A stretch of 64,000 nt of DNA, taken from an uncultured Flavobacteriales bacterium (GTDB taxonomy: Bacteria > Bacteroidota > Bacteroidia > Flavobacteriales_D > Crocinitomicaceae). The notes under the pieces are model-generated. The model was given only the letters and a program-made list of their open reading frames with translations. It was not told where the DNA came from and made no database searches. Where the stretch lies: positions 73 to 64,072 of the forward strand of contig CALKHF010000043.1 of the NCBI GenBank assembly GCA_938092255.1. The letters run 5' to 3'. Numbering within the stretch: the stretch's first letter is position 1; the number at the start of each line of letters is the position of its first letter. A program made the translations under genes and the position numbers. Of the stretch, positions 62,722 to 64,000 are shown one piece after another.

Positions 62722-64000
62722 ATGAACAAGTATTTCAATCTTTTCGATTTAAAACAAAAAGTCAATTATAGAACAGAGGTTTTATCAGGATTGACCGTGG
62801 CGATGGCATTGGTTCCGGAAGCTGTTGCATTTGCGCTAATCGCTGGACTTTCTCCTTTAACAGGTTTATACGCAGCCTTTATAATGGGTATTGTTACTTC
62901 CATTTTTGGTGGTAGACCAGGGATGATTTCTGGAGCCACCGGAGCAATTGCAGTCGTGTTTTTTGGCTTAGTAACCAGTCTAAAACAAATCAATCCGTCG
63001 ATAACTGTTGACGAAATCACGCAATATGTTTTTGCCACTGTAATACTTGCAGGAGTGTTGCAGATTATTGCAGGATTCTTAAGGCTCGGAAAATTGATGC
63101 GATTGGTTCCTCAACCCGTAATATTTGGATTTGTGAACGGCCTAGCGATCATTATATTTACCTCTCAACTTAGCCAATTCACAACGGATTCAACAGATCC
63201 CAATGCACCATGGATGCATGGTCAACAACTTTATTCATTTTTAGGGCTGGTTATTTTTGCGATGTTGATCATTTGGCTTTTACCAAAATTTACCAAAATG
63301 GTTCCTGCCGCTCTAACCGCAATATTGGCTGTTTTTGGATTGGTGTATTTTTTGGATATTCCAACGACCACAGTTGGTGATATTGCATCAATCGAAGGAG
63401 GATTCCCTCCTTTAAATATTCCCAATATACCTATGGACTGGGAAACATTGAAGCTCATTTTTCCATACGCTTCAATAGTTGCAGGTGTGGGACTCATAGA
63501 AAGCTTACTTACTCTTAATATTATTGATGAAATCACTCAAACGAGAGGTAGAGGAAACAAAGAAGCCGTAGCGCAAGGAGCTGCCAACATTCTTTCTGGG
63601 TTGCTATCAGGAATGGGCGGGTGCGCAATGATTGGGCAAAGTCTAATCAATATATCTTCGGGAGCGAGAGCAAGATTATCGGGTATAGTTGCTGCAATTA
63701 TGCTCCTTGTTTTTATAATGTTTGGATCTAGTTTGATAGAAAGACTTCCGATGGCGGCATTAACTGGGCTTATGATTATGGTAGCCATTGGGACTTTTGA
63801 ATGGGCCAGTTTTAAGACATTCAATCGCATGCCTAAATCTGATGTTTTTGTAATGGTAGCGGTCACAATGGTCACTGTATTCTTGCATAACTTGGCCTTA
63901 GCTGTTTTATTGGGAGTTGTTATTGCTGCCCTGGTCTTTGCATGGGACAATGCAAAACGCATTCGAGCAAGAAAACACATCGATGAGAATGGAGCGAAGC
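62722..64000 (+). CDS. SulP-family inorganic anion (sulfate) permease, 5' part (continues beyond the right edge)
   Basis: The + strand from ATG 62722 reads MNKYFNLFDLKQKVNYRTEVLSGLTVAMALVPEAVAFALIAGLSPLTGLYAAFIMGIVTSIFGGRPGMISGATGA..., the canonical SulP N-terminus. The frame stays open to the window end. It is missing from the ORF track because no stop is reached; the three minus-strand ORFs listed there are antisense shadows. Confidence 0.88.
   Translation, partial: MNKYFNLFDLKQKVNYRTEVLSGLTVAMALVPEAVAFALIAGLSPLTGLYAAFIMGIVTSIFGGRPGMISGATGAIAVVFFGLVTSLKQINPSITVDEITQYVFATVILAGVLQIIAGFLRLGKLMRLVPQPVIFGFVNGLAIIIFTSQLSQFTTDSTDPNAPWMHGQQLYSFLGLVIFAMLIIWLLPKFTKMVPAALTAILAVFGLVYFLDIPTTTVGDIASIEGGFPPLNIPNIPMDWETLKLIFPYASIVAGVGLIESLLTLNIIDEITQTRGRGNKEAVAQGAANILSGLLSGMGGCAMIGQSLINISSGARARLSGIVAAIMLLVFIMFGSSLIERLPMAALTGLMIMVAIGTFEWASFKTFNRMPKSDVFVMVAVTMVTVFLHNLALAVLLGVVIAALVFAWDNAKRIRARKHIDENGAK

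Noticed and set aside
62766-63980. Three minus-strand ORFs (90, 101, 147 aa)
   Set aside because: They are antisense to an open plus-strand frame that encodes an unmistakable SulP permease N-terminus and TM helices. The track lacks the real gene only because it has no stop within the window.

Overview
AT-rich chromosomal segment with the hallmarks of a Bacteroidota (Flavobacteriia-like) genome. These are a tRNA-Thr/Tyr/Gly/Thr cluster feeding into tuf, many T9SS cargo proteins with type A or type B C-terminal sorting domains, a PorP/SprF gene, a fused CcsBA, and TAnnTTTG-type promoter motifs. I call about 47 protein genes and 4 tRNAs. I saw no rRNA, CRISPR array, transposase, integrase or obvious prophage. 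Housekeeping content: tuf (edge-truncated), dnaN, rlmN, fbp, mfd, dxr, hemA-hemC-hemD, ccsBA, an RluA-family pseudouridine synthase, an ABC-F protein and a NatAB-like ABC exporter. The ORF track misses two edge-truncated genes: tuf at the left edge and a SulP transporter at the right edge. The most unusual region is a roughly 12 kb unidirectional, tightly packed gene string on the minus strand (13805 down to 1796). It opens with an H-NOX (heme-NO/O2 sensor) gene, followed by a 1012-aa soluble multi-PAS/GAF histidine kinase and a receiver-only response regulator. Next comes a translationally coupled porin-like barrel, a half-size PstS-like periplasmic protein, a paralogous 1154-aa membrane kinase and a second receiver-only regulator. 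Both kinases carry an insertion of about 107 aa inside the DHp domain. Other notable loci: an overlapping fatty-acid-hydroxylase (AGMO-like) / YhhN lysoplasmalogenase-family / truncated-globin unit; two non-prophage tail-fibre-like secreted proteins with S74-type C-terminal chaperone domains (one YadA-like, one collagen-like); a tandem trio of type B T9SS cargo proteins sharing a Cys-containing repeat of about 50 aa; a CotH-kinase/TSP3/type B CTD protein with its adjacent PorP/SprF; and a compact direct-plus-inverted repeat upstream of hemA. All functional calls come from reading the translations by eye. No database search was run.
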